Below, one piece after another: positions 39,001-40,151 of a stretch of DNA of 40,151 nucleotides. The number at the start of each line of letters is the position of its first letter. Within the stretch, counting starts at the first letter, position 1. The stretch lies in sequence record SRR22947727_609. One strand, 5' to 3'. The translations under genes and the position numbers were made by a program. The notes below the pieces were generated by a model. It saw only the letters and a program-made list of their open reading frames with translations, was not told where the DNA came from and made no database searches.

Positions 39001-40151
39001 ATGGATGGTTTTTTTGTCGTCGTCGCCTGTGTCAGTCTGCTGTGCGCAATCGCAGCAGTGTTGCGGGTGCGGGCAATTGGCTGGGCAGTGTGGTTGTGGT
39101 TTTTTGTCGGGTGGATCACGGGCGAGCTCGCCATTTGGTGTATTGGGGTGCAACTGGTTTTTGTGGCTGCCTGGGTGCTGATCGCAGGGACAGACACGGC
39201 GGGCTTTAGCTGGGGCCTATCGTTTTTTCTCGCTACCTGGGTGTTGTTGGCAGTCTTTTTGCGAGACGCATTTGACGCAGGCGCCATTTTCAGCCGATCA
39301 CTTCGAATGGCATTAGGTGTAGGTTTTCTGGAGCAAATACCCCTGTCGCGGCGCGCGAAAATCACGAATCAGCTGCACAGTAAAGAGTGGCAGTGGCCGT
39401 TTCGATTCAAACGCCCTGGTGTGCGTTATGTTCGCAATCTCCCCTATGCTGAGTCGGACAAGCGCGGCTTATTAGACGTTTATGTGCCGGTGGCCGCTGG
39501 TGAGCGTCGCCCCGTATTATTGCAAGTGCATGGTGGGGCGTGGATGGTGGGCCACAAGTCGGAGCAGGGGCAACCCCTTTTGCATCGCATGGTGGAATCC
39601 GGGTGGGTGGGGGTGTCGATCAATTATCGCCTCGCACCACGATCTGCTTTTCCCGCACAAATACTGGATGTTAAAAAAGCGATTGCCTGGGTCAAGGCGA
39701 ATATTGCTGAGTATGGCGGTGACCCCAATTTTATTGTGGTGACAGGCGGCTCTGCCGGCGGACATCTGTCGTTATTAGCGGGTTTGACGCCGAACCATGC
39801 GGATTGGCAGACGGGTTTTGAACACATTGATACGGCGGTTCAAGGCGTTTTGGCGCTATACCCCGTTGTGGATTTGACGAACCGTCACGGCATTCGACAG
39901 CAAGACAGCATGGATTCGTTTATTGCTCGGCGCATTATCCAGCAATCCCGCGAGGAGGCGCCGGGTATTTATGAGAATGGTTCGCCGATCTCTTGGCTGC
40001 ATCGCCCGGGCATAGCCGAGTCGGCGCCACCGATATTCATTGTTCAAGGCACGCATGATTCATTGGTCTGGGTAGAAGAGGTGAGACGATTTGTTGCGGA
40101 ATTCAGCCCCATTGCAGCGGCGCCTGTGGTGTATGCAGAATTGCCCCGAGC
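39001..40151 (+). CDS. Membrane-anchored HSL-family alpha/beta hydrolase (esterase/lipase), truncated by window end
   Basis: Translated by hand; stop-free from ATG 39001 to the window end, so absent from the ORF track. HGGAW at about 39529, NYRL, GGSAGGH at about 39745, QGTHDSLV, VYAELP; hydrophobic N-terminal about 90 aa. Confidence 0.92.
   Translation, partial: MDGFFVVVACVSLLCAIAAVLRVRAIGWAVWLWFFVGWITGELAIWCIGVQLVFVAAWVLIAGTDTAGFSWGLSFFLATWVLLAVFLRDAFDAGAIFSRSLRMALGVGFLEQIPLSRRAKITNQLHSKEWQWPFRFKRPGVRYVRNLPYAESDKRGLLDVYVPVAAGERRPVLLQVHGGAWMVGHKSEQGQPLLHRMVESGWVGVSINYRLAPRSAFPAQILDVKKAIAWVKANIAEYGGDPNFIVVTGGSAGGHLSLLAGLTPNHADWQTGFEHIDTAVQGVLALYPVVDLTNRHGIRQQDSMDSFIARRIIQQSREEAPGIYENGSPISWLHRPGIAESAPPIFIVQGTHDSLVWVEEVRRFVAEFSPIAAAPVVYAELPR

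Noticed and set aside
38920..40056. Track ORFs at 38920-40056
   Set aside because: All explained as shadows of the + strand hydrolase starting at 39001

Overview
Gene-dense core-genome region of a gammaproteobacterium. Gene order resembles Pseudomonas, but slmA is present and many intervening genes are absent. A marine Cellvibrionales/Halieaceae (OM60/NOR5-like) origin is my inference and is not proven. Content in order: a small secreted protein, uvrD, a split TRAP transporter around an acyl-CoA thioesterase, yaaA, a FemAB-like/DUF482 gene, ubiA, recG, an epimerase, ridA-spoT-rpoZ-gmk-yicC, rph, a Crc-like pseudo-nuclease, pyrE, slmA-argB-coaBC, rpmB-rpmG, mutM, coaD-rsmD, ftsY-ftsE-ftsX-rpoH-trmB, hemW-rdgB-DUF4426-metW-metX-yggT-proC-yggS, pilT, yqgF-yqgE-gshB. 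An HSL-family alpha/beta hydrolase runs off the right edge and is missing from the ORF track. I saw no RNA genes, mobile elements, CRISPR arrays or defence islands, and I cannot support a wholly new multi-gene system. The most notable signals are regulatory: a perfect CIRCE operator overlapping a likely rpoH promoter (HrcA-to-sigma32 cascade), a divergent Crc, candidate leaderless transcripts for uvrD and yggS, and the odd TRAP/thioesterase layout. Comparisons with Pseudomonas and E. coli are from recalled knowledge, not from a search.
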